The notes beneath the pieces were generated by a model. It saw only the letters and a program-made list of their open reading frames with translations, ran no database searches and was not told where the DNA came from. This document shows positions 1 through 8,280 of a stretch of 64,000 bases of DNA, piece by piece. Each line of letters opens with the position of its first letter. The stretch's first letter is position 1. The DNA comes from a bacterium (lineage in GTDB: Bacteria > Patescibacteriota > CPR2 > UBA1875 > JAJYID01): the NCBI GenBank assembly GCA_030647205.1, contig JAUSJO010000005.1, positions 74,523 through 138,522 of the forward strand. Direction: 5' to 3'. A program made the position numbers and the translations under genes.

Positions 1-480
1 TCCGCCTACGCCAATAGCAAATCCTGGTTTGGAATCGATTGAAGCGGTATTAAGCCCCGAAAATACTAACTACTACTACTTTTTCTCAGGTAAGGATGGA
101 AAGACCTATTTTTCGGAAAATCAGGATCAGCATGAAGCACTAAAGGCAAAGTATTTGTAGGTTTGTCATCCTGAGGTACGAAGAATCTCATCCTGTCATT
201 CCGGGCTTGATCCGGAATCCAGGCTAGTTAAATCTGCTATCGCAGTCATCATCATTTATCTACTTTTTTAGAAAAAGTAGAATCAAAAATCACCGACTAG
301 CACTACGAAATAGATAAAACTAATAAAAATTTATCATTCAAAACACGAAGCGTTTCACTAAAGCGTGCTTTTGTCCTAAAGGAACATTCTAAATTTTTAA
401 GTTTTATTGACTATTTCTTCGTGATGTCGGAGAAAATTAAGATTAAAATTTAGGCGGATTCGTTTGACAAGGGTAAGCTT
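1..480. repeat. Composite intergenic repeat element (type B body, hairpin units at 160-225), truncated by the window edge
   Basis: Positions 245-475 are near-identical to 19855-20100. Positions 170-222 carry GTCATCC/GTCATTCC...GGAATCC hairpins. Positions 60-115 share the 'gaaagacctatttttcg' module with 55980-56000. Confidence 0.8.
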
Positions 481-493
481 GTCGGGGTATAAT
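464..493 (+). promoter_or_regulatory. Sigma70-like promoter: TTGACA (464-469), 18-nt spacer, TATAAT (488-493)
   Basis: Hexamers read directly from the sequence, upstream of the LysM-CHAP gene. Confidence 0.5.
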
Positions 494-562
494 CTTGTTC
501 GTATCTTTAGGGAGGAAGCTTTACTGATATTGATAGAATAAAACCCCTTCAAGTACAAAAAA

Positions 563-1747
563 ATGAAAAAAATCTTTAGGCCTATTGGCCAAAATACTAA
601 AAAAATATTTTCCAAAGCTAAAGCGCCGTTTACAAACGTAAAGATGCCTGACAAGGAAGCATCCTTAGGTTGGGTTTCGGGAAAGAAAGAAGGCGCGGGG
701 AGCATATTTAAGCGTTCAACGAGACGGTTTTCTCATTATGCCGTGATGTTTATATTCCTGATCGTGATTGCTGTTGGGGTCTTTACAAGACCTCACGAAA
801 ATAAAACGGAAAAAAACCCTTATCTTTTCAATAAGGTTGATGAAGAGGTCAATGAGGTAACTTATATGCAGTCGGTAGCGACTATTGGCGGTATAGTTGA
901 CGAGAAGATCAGTCAACAGGTTTATGAAGTAGAAACAAAGAATGATACAGCTCCTGTTTTGGCGGTGGCTGGAAATGGATTTTTGGCGAAACCGGTTTTA
1001 TCAGAAGCGCGAAGTTCGGGGGATAAACCAAAGAATGATATAACCGAGTATATTGTAAAAGATGGAGATACACTCTCAATCATCGCAAACAGTCTTGGGC
1101 TTACAACAGACACCTTAAGGTGGGCAAACAATATCGATGACCCGGACTCTGTAAAGCCCGGAACGAAACTTCTGATACCTCCGACTAATGGTGTTTTATA
1201 TACTGCTCAGGCAGGAGATACCATTGAGTCTATCGCAAGCAGATACAGCGGTAGCGCATCTATGATTATTGCTCAAAATGACTTATATGGAGAAGAGATC
1301 AAGGCCGGGATGAGAATAATGATACCTGATGGTGTAGGACCTGACGTTGTAAAGCCTGAACCTGAGCCAGAACCACAACAAGAGGAAGACGATGCTCCTG
1401 CGCCTCAACCAAGAACGAAAGTGGCTTCATATGGTGGCTCGTCTTACAATAGGTTTCCATATGGCTGGTGCACTTATTATGTCGCATCTAGACGAAATGT
1501 ACCGTGGAGCGGAAATGCAGGAGACTGGTACTGGAATGCTCAAAGAGCCGGATATTCAGTTGGCAGGGCGCCGTCTGCGGGAGCTATCATGGTAACGGGC
1601 GAGTCCGGTTGGGGGCATGTGGCATACGTAGAAAGCGTAAGTGGTGGATCATTCACCGTTTCTGAGATGAACTATGCGGGTTGGGGTGTTGTTTCAAGAA
1701 GGACAATTACAACCGGTCAGGTTCCGTTGTACGGGTTTATTTATTAG
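563..1747 (+). CDS. Secreted or membrane-anchored peptidoglycan hydrolase: N-terminal TM helix, two LysM repeats, C-terminal CHAP domain
   Basis: LysM motifs DGDTLSIIANSLGLTTDTLRWANNI and AGDTIESIASRY. CHAP-like C-terminus (YGWCTYYVASRR...GHVAYVESV) with Cys/His. The start may be an internal ATG at 641. Confidence 0.7.
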   Translation: MKKIFRPIGQNTKKIFSKAKAPFTNVKMPDKEASLGWVSGKKEGAGSIFKRSTRRFSHYAVMFIFLIVIAVGVFTRPHENKTEKNPYLFNKVDEEVNEVTYMQSVATIGGIVDEKISQQVYEVETKNDTAPVLAVAGNGFLAKPVLSEARSSGDKPKNDITEYIVKDGDTLSIIANSLGLTTDTLRWANNIDDPDSVKPGTKLLIPPTNGVLYTAQAGDTIESIASRYSGSASMIIAQNDLYGEEIKAGMRIMIPDGVGPDVVKPEPEPEPQQEEDDAPAPQPRTKVASYGGSSYNRFPYGWCTYYVASRRNVPWSGNAGDWYWNAQRAGYSVGRAPSAGAIMVTGESGWGHVAYVESVSGGSFTVSEMNYAGWGVVSRRTITTGQVPLYGFIY

Positions 1748-1825
1748 CTAATAGTTTTTAGTTTTAATTTTGCAATTTGCAAACCTATCCTCATAAGAGG
1801 ATAATTTATTTTAAGAAAGGTAAGT

Positions 1826-3127
1826 ATGTTTTGTGATAAGGTGACAATTAAACTTACAGCGGGCAAGGGCGGAGATGGGCTTGTCAACTTTTTGCATGAA
1901 AAATATCGTGAAAAGGGAGGGCCGGACGGTGGAAATGGCGGCCACGGAGGAAGTGTTTTCATTGTTACAGATGCGAGCGTCAATACTCTTTATGCCTATA
2001 AAACAAAGAGCCGGTTAAAGGCGGAAAACGGAGAAAACGGCAAAAGAAGAGCAAAGGCGGGCGTCGGAGCAAAAGATTTATACGTAAAGGTTCCGATTGG
2101 AACGGTTATATACGACGAGGAAACAGGAGAAAAAATATTTGATTTAACAGGGGAAAAACAGGCAGTGCTAGCCGCAAAAGGTGGAGAAGGCGGGTATGGC
2201 AACGCTCACTTTGTCTCATCGGTCAGACAAGCACCTCAAGTAGCAGAAATAGGCGAAAGAGGAGAAGAAAGGTTTGTGCGGATGGAGCTGAAACTGATAG
2301 CCGATGTCGGTCTTGTAGGCTTGCCTAACGTCGGGAAATCGACTCTGCTTTCCGTGGTATCTGCTGCTAAACCGAAAATCGCCGACTATCATTTTACAAC
2401 GCTGGTTCCGAACTTGGGTGTTGTTGACGGTTCTAAATTTGGAATAGAAAACTTTAGTTTTGTGATTGCTGATATTCCGGGGCTGATCGAAGGCGCTTCT
2501 CAGGGGAAGGGTTTGGGCGATGAGTTCCTGCGCCACGTTGAGCGGACAAAAGTACTCGTTCATATTATCGAGTCAACGAGCCAAGACTTCGTAAAAGATT
2601 TCGACGATATAAATAATGAACTCGAGGTATTTAATAAGGACTTAATCCAAAAACCGCAGATTGTAGTGCTTTCAAAGGCAGATTTGTCAGCTGATTTCTC
2701 GGCGAGTTTAAAGAAATTCAAGGCGCATTTGAAGAAAGTTAAGGGAATACAAATCGTGAACCAAGAGCCAATCGTGATTTCAGCGCCAACCCACCAAGGT
2801 GTAAAAGCGCTGATGTCGCAAGTTGCCCAAACTTTACAAAAATATCAGCCGAAGGAGGAAGAAGTAATACAAGAAGAGTACAAAGTATTTACGCCGGAGG
2901 ATTTGGTTGGTAATAGATTTTCAGTCGAAAAGGAAGATGACAAGTTCATTATTACCGGGGCAAAAATAGAAAGGTTCGCCCGAAAAACTGACTTTAACAA
3001 TATCCATGCCAAGACGAGATTTGTAGATATTATGAAAAAAACAGGGATCTTGAAGGAACTTGAAAAACAAGGAGCAAGATCAGACTCGAACATTGAGGTT
3101 TCAGGAAAGAAATTTAAGTTAGGATAA
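1826..3127 (+). CDS. obg: GTPase Obg/CgtA
   Basis: Gly-rich Obg fold (GGDGGNGGHGGSV), G1 motif GLPNVGKST, C-terminal OCT/TGS-like domain. Confidence 0.9.
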   Translation: MFCDKVTIKLTAGKGGDGLVNFLHEKYREKGGPDGGNGGHGGSVFIVTDASVNTLYAYKTKSRLKAENGENGKRRAKAGVGAKDLYVKVPIGTVIYDEETGEKIFDLTGEKQAVLAAKGGEGGYGNAHFVSSVRQAPQVAEIGERGEERFVRMELKLIADVGLVGLPNVGKSTLLSVVSAAKPKIADYHFTTLVPNLGVVDGSKFGIENFSFVIADIPGLIEGASQGKGLGDEFLRHVERTKVLVHIIESTSQDFVKDFDDINNELEVFNKDLIQKPQIVVLSKADLSADFSASLKKFKAHLKKVKGIQIVNQEPIVISAPTHQGVKALMSQVAQTLQKYQPKEEEVIQEEYKVFTPEDLVGNRFSVEKEDDKFIITGAKIERFARKTDFNNIHAKTRFVDIMKKTGILKELEKQGARSDSNIEVSGKKFKLG

Positions 3128-3129
3128 AA

Positions 3130-4008
3130 GTGACCATAAAAGAAATTCTAATTTGGAGCACGAAAGAACTCAAAAATAACAATGTTTCCGAACCTGAAAA
3201 GTCGGCAGAGCTTTTGTTGCGGCAAATATTAAATTGGGACAAAGCGAAGTTGATAGCGAATCCGGATTACAAATTGAATTCTGCTCAGGAAAGTAAATTC
3301 CGGGAATTCATTGAAAGACGTAAAAAACATGAACCGGTTTGGTATATCACGGGAAAAATCGAATTTTACGGATTAGATCTGGCAGTAAACCAGGATGTAC
3401 TTATCCCGAGACCGGAAACGGAATTTTTAGTTGAGGAAGTTCTCTCTGTCATTCTGACGAAGGAAGAATCTAAAAAGAGATCCTTCGTGCCTCAGGATGA
3501 CATATTTAGGATATTAGAGCTAGGAACCGGCAGCGGTGCGATTGCATTGTCGTTGGCAAATAAATTAAAGTCAAAAATATTTGCTTCAGATATTTCAAAA
3601 GAAGCTCTAGAAGTTGCAAAGAAAAATACGAAGAAATTAGAATTAGAAAAATACATTGAGTTTAGACAGGGGAGTTTGTTTGAACCGTGGGGCAGTGAGA
3701 AATTCGATTGTTTCGTAGCGAATTTGCCATATATTCCACATGAAGATATGAGCTCGTTAGCTCTAGATATCCATCACTTCGAGCCACGCTTAGCATTAGA
3801 CGGAGGGAAAGAAGGATTAGAAATTTATGAGGAGCTGTTGTCTCAAGCAGGAGATTATTTAAACGAAAACGCTATGATGTTTTTTGAGATAGGAATTGAT
3901 CAGGGAGATAAATTAAAGAAATTAGTAGAAAAATATCTGCCGAAAGCAAAAGTGAGGATTATAAAGGATTATGGCGATATAGATCGCATAGCGGTTATTT
4001 CTACCTAA
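3130..4008 (+). CDS. prmC: Release-factor glutamine N5-methyltransferase PrmC/HemK (GTG start)
   Basis: SAM-binding motif LELGTGSGAIAL and the NPPY-type motif 'NLPYIP'. Confidence 0.8.
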   Translation: MTIKEILIWSTKELKNNNVSEPEKSAELLLRQILNWDKAKLIANPDYKLNSAQESKFREFIERRKKHEPVWYITGKIEFYGLDLAVNQDVLIPRPETEFLVEEVLSVILTKEESKKRSFVPQDDIFRILELGTGSGAIALSLANKLKSKIFASDISKEALEVAKKNTKKLELEKYIEFRQGSLFEPWGSEKFDCFVANLPYIPHEDMSSLALDIHHFEPRLALDGGKEGLEIYEELLSQAGDYLNENAMMFFEIGIDQGDKLKKLVEKYLPKAKVRIIKDYGDIDRIAVIST

Positions 4009-4029
4009 GCTGCTTGCCCCGCCAGAAGA

Positions 4030-4400
4030 GGGTAAACTCTGTGGAGGGATCCCTTTCTCTGTCATCCTGAGGCACGAAGGATCTCAATCCCATCATCCCC
4101 ACCTTCCTCTGTCATTCCCACGGAGGTGGGAATCCAGTCTTTAAAATATTATCCACTTTTTTAGAAAAAGTGGAGTAAAAATCGCGACTTATGGCGGCGA
4201 CAAAGTGTCGGATTTCAGTTCTCTCTCACTTTGAAAAAATGAACTCGCTAGATCGCTCAGACAACATTATTTTCAAAGTCTTCGTTCGCTTTATCCTCTC
4301 TTTGTCTTCGATAGTCGCATTAGAGATTATTCGGCTTATTCTCTTTTTGAAAAAATCATGCCGGGGGGGAAGTCGGATTTGGTAATTACTTTTGTCTTTT
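4030..4400. repeat. Composite intergenic repeat element (type A body, hairpin units at 4040-4140)
   Basis: Positions 4150-4385 are about 90% identical to 55765-55975. Same modules as 13262-13510 and 48880-49100: hairpin ccacttttttagaaaaagtgg, aaaatcgcgact, tttgaaaaaatgaactcgct, cgatagtcgca, tttgaaaaaatcatgccgg. Confidence 0.85.
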
Positions 4401-4406
4401 TAATTT

Positions 4407-4425
4407 TTGATTTGAGATTTATAAT
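4407..4425 (+). promoter_or_regulatory. -10 TATAAT (4420-4425) placed 6 nt before ATG 4432, implying a leaderless mRNA; TTGATT lies 7 nt upstream
   Basis: Read directly. Same architecture as 37841, 43784, 44955, 53630 and 57254. Confidence 0.45.
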
Positions 4426-4431
4426 CAAGTC

Positions 4432-5121
4432 ATGAAAGACAGAATAGAAAAACATACTCATGTAGAGAAAGATCTGCAGAAAAAACTAGTAAGGATCGGG
4501 GAGATTGTACAGAGTAACGAGAGAAACGCAGTTAAAGTATCTCTTATCAATGATATTTTAGGGGAGATGACTGACAAGTTTCTTGATATCCATTATCGGG
4601 CTTTAACGGACGAGATGACCGGTTTTGTGAATCGCTGGTTTTTGAATGAATTCCTAAAGAAAACAATGAAGTCCAGCCAAAGATATGGGCAGGACCTTTC
4701 TCTTGCGATTATGGATATAGATCATTTCAAAACAGTCAATGATACTTTCGGGCATACCGCGGGCGATATGGTTATTAAGGAAATTGCCGTAATAATTACT
4801 AAAAATATTCGTTCATCCGATGTGGTCTCTCGTTATGGCGGAGATGAGTTCATAGTTATCTTTCCTTCCACGAACCTTACTGATGCGAAAATCGTAATGA
4901 ACAGAATAAAACTTGCTGTAGCAGAGTATGAGTTTAGAGGCGGTATAAAGTCCGGGATAAGTTTTGGTATCGCAAATCTAAAGAAAAAGCACAGACTTTT
5001 TGAGGATCTGGTGAAAGACGCTGATGTAAAACTGTATAAAGCAAAAAAACATAGGGTAGACCCAAATGCAGGCGCAAAAAAGAGCCGTTTAAAGAAAGTA
5101 GTATCCCAGGCGAAAAAGTAG
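4432..5121 (+). CDS. Diguanylate cyclase: N-terminal coiled-coil plus GGDEF domain with intact GGDEF and RxxD I-site
   Basis: RSSDVVSRYGGDEF motif and DIDHFKTVND. Confidence 0.8.
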   Translation: MKDRIEKHTHVEKDLQKKLVRIGEIVQSNERNAVKVSLINDILGEMTDKFLDIHYRALTDEMTGFVNRWFLNEFLKKTMKSSQRYGQDLSLAIMDIDHFKTVNDTFGHTAGDMVIKEIAVIITKNIRSSDVVSRYGGDEFIVIFPSTNLTDAKIVMNRIKLAVAEYEFRGGIKSGISFGIANLKKKHRLFEDLVKDADVKLYKAKKHRVDPNAGAKKSRLKKVVSQAKK

Positions 5122-5168
5122 TTTTTCTTCAAAAGGTCGTGAATTCGTGCTAAAATAATTCCCGTTGT

Positions 5169-5244
5169 GGGCCCTTGGCTCAGTTGGTAGAGCGCATCCA
5201 TGGCATGGATGAGGTCACCGGTTCGATCCCGGTAGGGTCCACCA
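5169..5244 (+). tRNA. tRNA-Ala (anticodon GGC), CCA encoded
   Basis: Cloverleaf folded by hand. Anticodon loop ATGGCAT, G3:U70 identity pair, T-loop TTCGATC. Confidence 0.85.
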
Positions 5245-5251
5245 AAATATT

Positions 5252-5593
5252 ATGAGAGCAGTATTAAGATCAAAAATCCAAAACGTGACCGTCACAGAAG
5301 CCAACCTTGAGTATCAAGGTAGTGTTACTATTGATGAATCTCTGATGAAAAAAGCTGATATTTGGGAAGGCGAAAAAGTTCTTATTTCAAGTGTCACAAC
5401 AGGAAGGAGACTGGAAACCTATACGATTAAGGGGGAAATGGATTCGGGTGTAATTTGTATGAATGGTCCAGCCGCACATTTGATTAAAAAAGGCGAGAAT
5501 ATTACTATTATGGCATTTGAATATGTAGACGAGGAGATTACTGCAAAAAAAATACTGGCTGACGAAGAAAATAAATTTCTAAAATATTTATAA
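5252..5593 (+). CDS. panD: Aspartate 1-decarboxylase (pyruvoyl-dependent)
   Basis: Aligns along its full length to PanD (KIQNVTVTEANLEYQGSVTID with the Gly-Ser self-cleavage site; ETYTIKGE...GVICMNGPAAHL). Confidence 0.85.
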   Translation: MRAVLRSKIQNVTVTEANLEYQGSVTIDESLMKKADIWEGEKVLISSVTTGRRLETYTIKGEMDSGVICMNGPAAHLIKKGENITIMAFEYVDEEITAKKILADEENKFLKYL

Positions 5594-5619
5594 AGCTGAC
5601 TTATTAGAAGGAGAGCATA

Positions 5620-6522
5620 ATGGCAATAGAACAACCGCAAGAGCAATTTCTTGAAGATATAGAAGTACAAAAGCCCATTTCTGATGAGTCTAATGTTGAT
5701 ATTGAGAAACCAAACGATCTTGTAAGAAGAGCCGAAAGTGTAATGAGATATATGTTTAGGATCAACTTGCTAGGTGAGGAAAACATTGCAGAAATTCCTA
5801 AGGATAAAAAGGTTATCATAGCGGCAACACACATTTCCGATCAGGATATGCCGCTTGTTATCGCTGCACTAGGTAAACATTTTAAAAACATCGCCGTTGC
5901 TAGAAATGAGAAAGAGTTTGATATAAAGCGCGATCCGCTGCAAAAGGCACTCATTAAGTTTTTAGAAGGCGGTAAGGATTGTAACTTGCCAATCAGCTAC
6001 ACTCAGGGGAACAGACTCAATAGCAGAGGGGTTTTTGATCCGGAAGATTTTGAACAAATGAAGGGCTCCTTAGAAAACAATTCCCCGATAGTTATGGCAG
6101 CACATAAATTTAACAATCCAGGTGAATGGCAGCTTCCTTCAAAGGCGGGGAACGGTGTCGCTTATCTATCTCAAATAACAGAAGATTCGGTTATTTTGCC
6201 GGTTGCTGTCGATGTTAAATCAGACAAGCCAATAGGATATGGTCTCGATTTCCCAAAAATTATAGCCAAAAAACCGAGAGTAGATATAAGGATAGGTAAG
6301 CCTTTTGAGCCTGATAGAGATATCGATACTGAGGCGATAAAAACAACACTCGAGAAACGAGCTATAGGGGGAGATATAAGCAGTGAAGAAAAGAAAGCGT
6401 TTAGGGCATCGACCGAAAAACTAAAGCATCTATCGGAAGCAGTAATGGACAGACTTGCAGACCTTTTGCCTGAGGAGAAAAGAGGAGGGTGGGGAACTCA
6501 TCAAAATATAAGTTCTGAGTGA
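5620..6522 (+). CDS. PlsC-family (lyso)phospholipid acyltransferase-like protein
   Basis: HX4D motif (ATHISDQD). Good RBS 'aggagag'. Confidence 0.5.
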   Translation: MAIEQPQEQFLEDIEVQKPISDESNVDIEKPNDLVRRAESVMRYMFRINLLGEENIAEIPKDKKVIIAATHISDQDMPLVIAALGKHFKNIAVARNEKEFDIKRDPLQKALIKFLEGGKDCNLPISYTQGNRLNSRGVFDPEDFEQMKGSLENNSPIVMAAHKFNNPGEWQLPSKAGNGVAYLSQITEDSVILPVAVDVKSDKPIGYGLDFPKIIAKKPRVDIRIGKPFEPDRDIDTEAIKTTLEKRAIGGDISSEEKKAFRASTEKLKHLSEAVMDRLADLLPEEKRGGWGTHQNISSE

Positions 6523-6536
6523 TTTAAAGGAGAAAA

Positions 6537-6974
6537 ATGCTTAAGTACAAAAAATTAGAGAAGCAAGAACTAAGAATTCACTATGAGATGGTGAAGTCAC
6601 TTTACAGCCAATTAAGCAAAAGAAGTGGAGAACCCTCACTCGAGAGGTTGGAAGCAGTTATAGAAGCGGACCATGTGTTACTGGGTGCATTGGATGGAGA
6701 CAGATTGGTTGGGATAGGTTCCTTGTACATTTTGAAGATGCCAAAGGTTACTAAATGTTTGATAGAAGACATAGTGGTCGATGAATCCGCCAGAGGAAAA
6801 GGGGTGGGCAGATCAATCACAACAAAACTCATAGAGGAGGCTAAAAAGATAGACGCGAACTATGTGGACTTAACTAGCAAGAGAGCAAGAGTTGCCTCAC
6901 ATAAGCTTTACCAGTCGCTGGGGTTTGAAGAAAGAGAGTCAAATATCTACCGCCTACATTTCAAAGGGTATTAG
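6537..6974 (+). CDS. GNAT family N-acetyltransferase
   Basis: Acetyl-CoA binding motif VDESARGKGVGRSI. Confidence 0.7.
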   Translation: MLKYKKLEKQELRIHYEMVKSLYSQLSKRSGEPSLERLEAVIEADHVLLGALDGDRLVGIGSLYILKMPKVTKCLIEDIVVDESARGKGVGRSITTKLIEEAKKIDANYVDLTSKRARVASHKLYQSLGFEERESNIYRLHFKGY

Positions 6975-7064
6975 TGCTTTCTAGGTTTTTGATAAACTAC
7001 CGATAAAATGTTAAAATCTCATTAAGCACCTTAAGCCTCTATAAAATTTTCTCAAGGGAGAGAT

Positions 7065-7511
7065 ATGAAAATCGCGATTGGTTCTGACCACGCAGGTTAT
7101 GAGCTCAAAGAAGAACTCATGGCTCATCTGTCACATCGAGGATTTGAACTTGTGGATTTTGGCACCTATAACGGAGACACCTCCGTTGACTACCCTGACT
7201 ATGCTGAAGCTGTTGCCAGGGAAGTCTCAAACGGTGAGTTTGAAAAGGGAATCCTCGTTTGCGGTACCGGTATAGGCGTGGCGATCGCCGCTAACAAAGT
7301 CAAAGGTATTCGTGCCGCAAACTGTAATGAAGTCGAGATGGCAGTTTTGAGCCGCAGGCACAACGATGCCAACATACTTACTATCGGCGGCAGAGTGGTA
7401 GACCACAAAGATGCCCAAGATATAGCAAGTGTTTGGCTAAGTACTGAGTTTGAGGGAGAGAGGCACATCGGGAGGATCCAGAAGATATCAGATATCGAAG
7501 TATCTTCCTGA
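7065..7511 (+). CDS. rpiB: Ribose-5-phosphate isomerase B
   Basis: MKIAIGSDHAGYELKE...GILVCGTGIGVAIAANK is the typical RpiB/LacAB signature. Confidence 0.85.
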   Translation: MKIAIGSDHAGYELKEELMAHLSHRGFELVDFGTYNGDTSVDYPDYAEAVAREVSNGEFEKGILVCGTGIGVAIAANKVKGIRAANCNEVEMAVLSRRHNDANILTIGGRVVDHKDAQDIASVWLSTEFEGERHIGRIQKISDIEVSS

Positions 7512-7524
7512 GATTGTTCTTTAA

Positions 7525-7560
7525 ATAAAAAAAAGCGCCGCGGTATGCGGCGCTTTTAAA
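7525..7560. terminator. Bidirectional rho-independent terminator between convergent genes
   Basis: A-run, GC hairpin agcgccgcggtatgcggcgct, then T-run. Confidence 0.7.
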
Positions 7561-8140
7561 TCCAATTCATGAGGACATGATGTCCTCTGGCTAGGAATTC
7601 GTAAGTACGCCAATAGGTTTCATTATGAGCTCGCCACTGAGTGCCTTTCGGGTCATAACCCACGACTTCTAGCCCTGGCGGTATGATGACCTCTGCTCCC
7701 AGTTTTTCGAATACTTTCTGCATCCTCCAAACCAAGAGCGGGTGAGTGGCAATAATCACACGTGTCCAGCTGTTTTCTTGCATCCATTTCCAGGTTTGTG
7801 TCTCGATTTCATAGCATGAGACATATTTACCCGAGATATGGTGATGAAAAATTGCTTTCTCCACGTGGATTCCACTTAGTGCCTCAGATTGAACTATTTC
7901 ACCTTGGGCGCTGATGGGCAGACCGGTCTGCTGGTAGACTTTGCGAATTACTTCGCCCAGTCTTTCGTTCGGTGGGCCAGGTATTCTTAGCTCCTCAGAG
8001 ACCTTTTTGGGCCCCCGGAAACTGAAGGCCTGGCCACAGATGCATTGGCCCCTCGAAATGTCTCCTTTGGGATGGTATTCCCAGTTAGTGACTGCCTGAT
8101 ATATGAGTGGCACGTTAAACATTGCTAGCATAGAGAACAC
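7556..8140 (-). CDS. DUF218 (YdcF/ElyC/SanA-like) domain protein
   Basis: C-terminal VIIATHPLLVWRMQKVFEKLGAEVIIPPG resembles the DUF218 core. Matched from memory only. Confidence 0.4.
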   Translation of the reverse strand: MFSMLAMFNVPLIYQAVTNWEYHPKGDISRGQCICGQAFSFRGPKKVSEELRIPGPPNERLGEVIRKVYQQTGLPISAQGEIVQSEALSGIHVEKAIFHHHISGKYVSCYEIETQTWKWMQENSWTRVIIATHPLLVWRMQKVFEKLGAEVIIPPGLEVVGYDPKGTQWRAHNETYWRTYEFLARGHHVLMNWI

Positions 8141-8280
8141 CTCCTCAGGTGTTTGGACGTAGTAGGTGCGAATTCATATAATATAATAATAATTAAGATT
8201 AGTCAAGTTTATTAACGAAAATGATTGATAAGCAAAGCCGATTTGTGCTAAGATTTCCTTATTAAAGAGCGGTTTTTATT

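Noticed and set aside
4191-4385. ORFs of 60-85 aa inside the composite repeats (4191-4385, 13251-13433, 13268-13525, 13328-13561, 23219-23416).
   Set aside because: They lie wholly in non-coding repeat bodies. The frames are not conserved between repeat copies because indels shift them. There is no RBS and the sequence is low complexity.
8140-8280. T-box leader upstream of leuS.
   Set aside because: The intergenic region is only about 140 nt, with no specifier-loop or T-box (AATTAGGGTGGNACCGCG) sequence.
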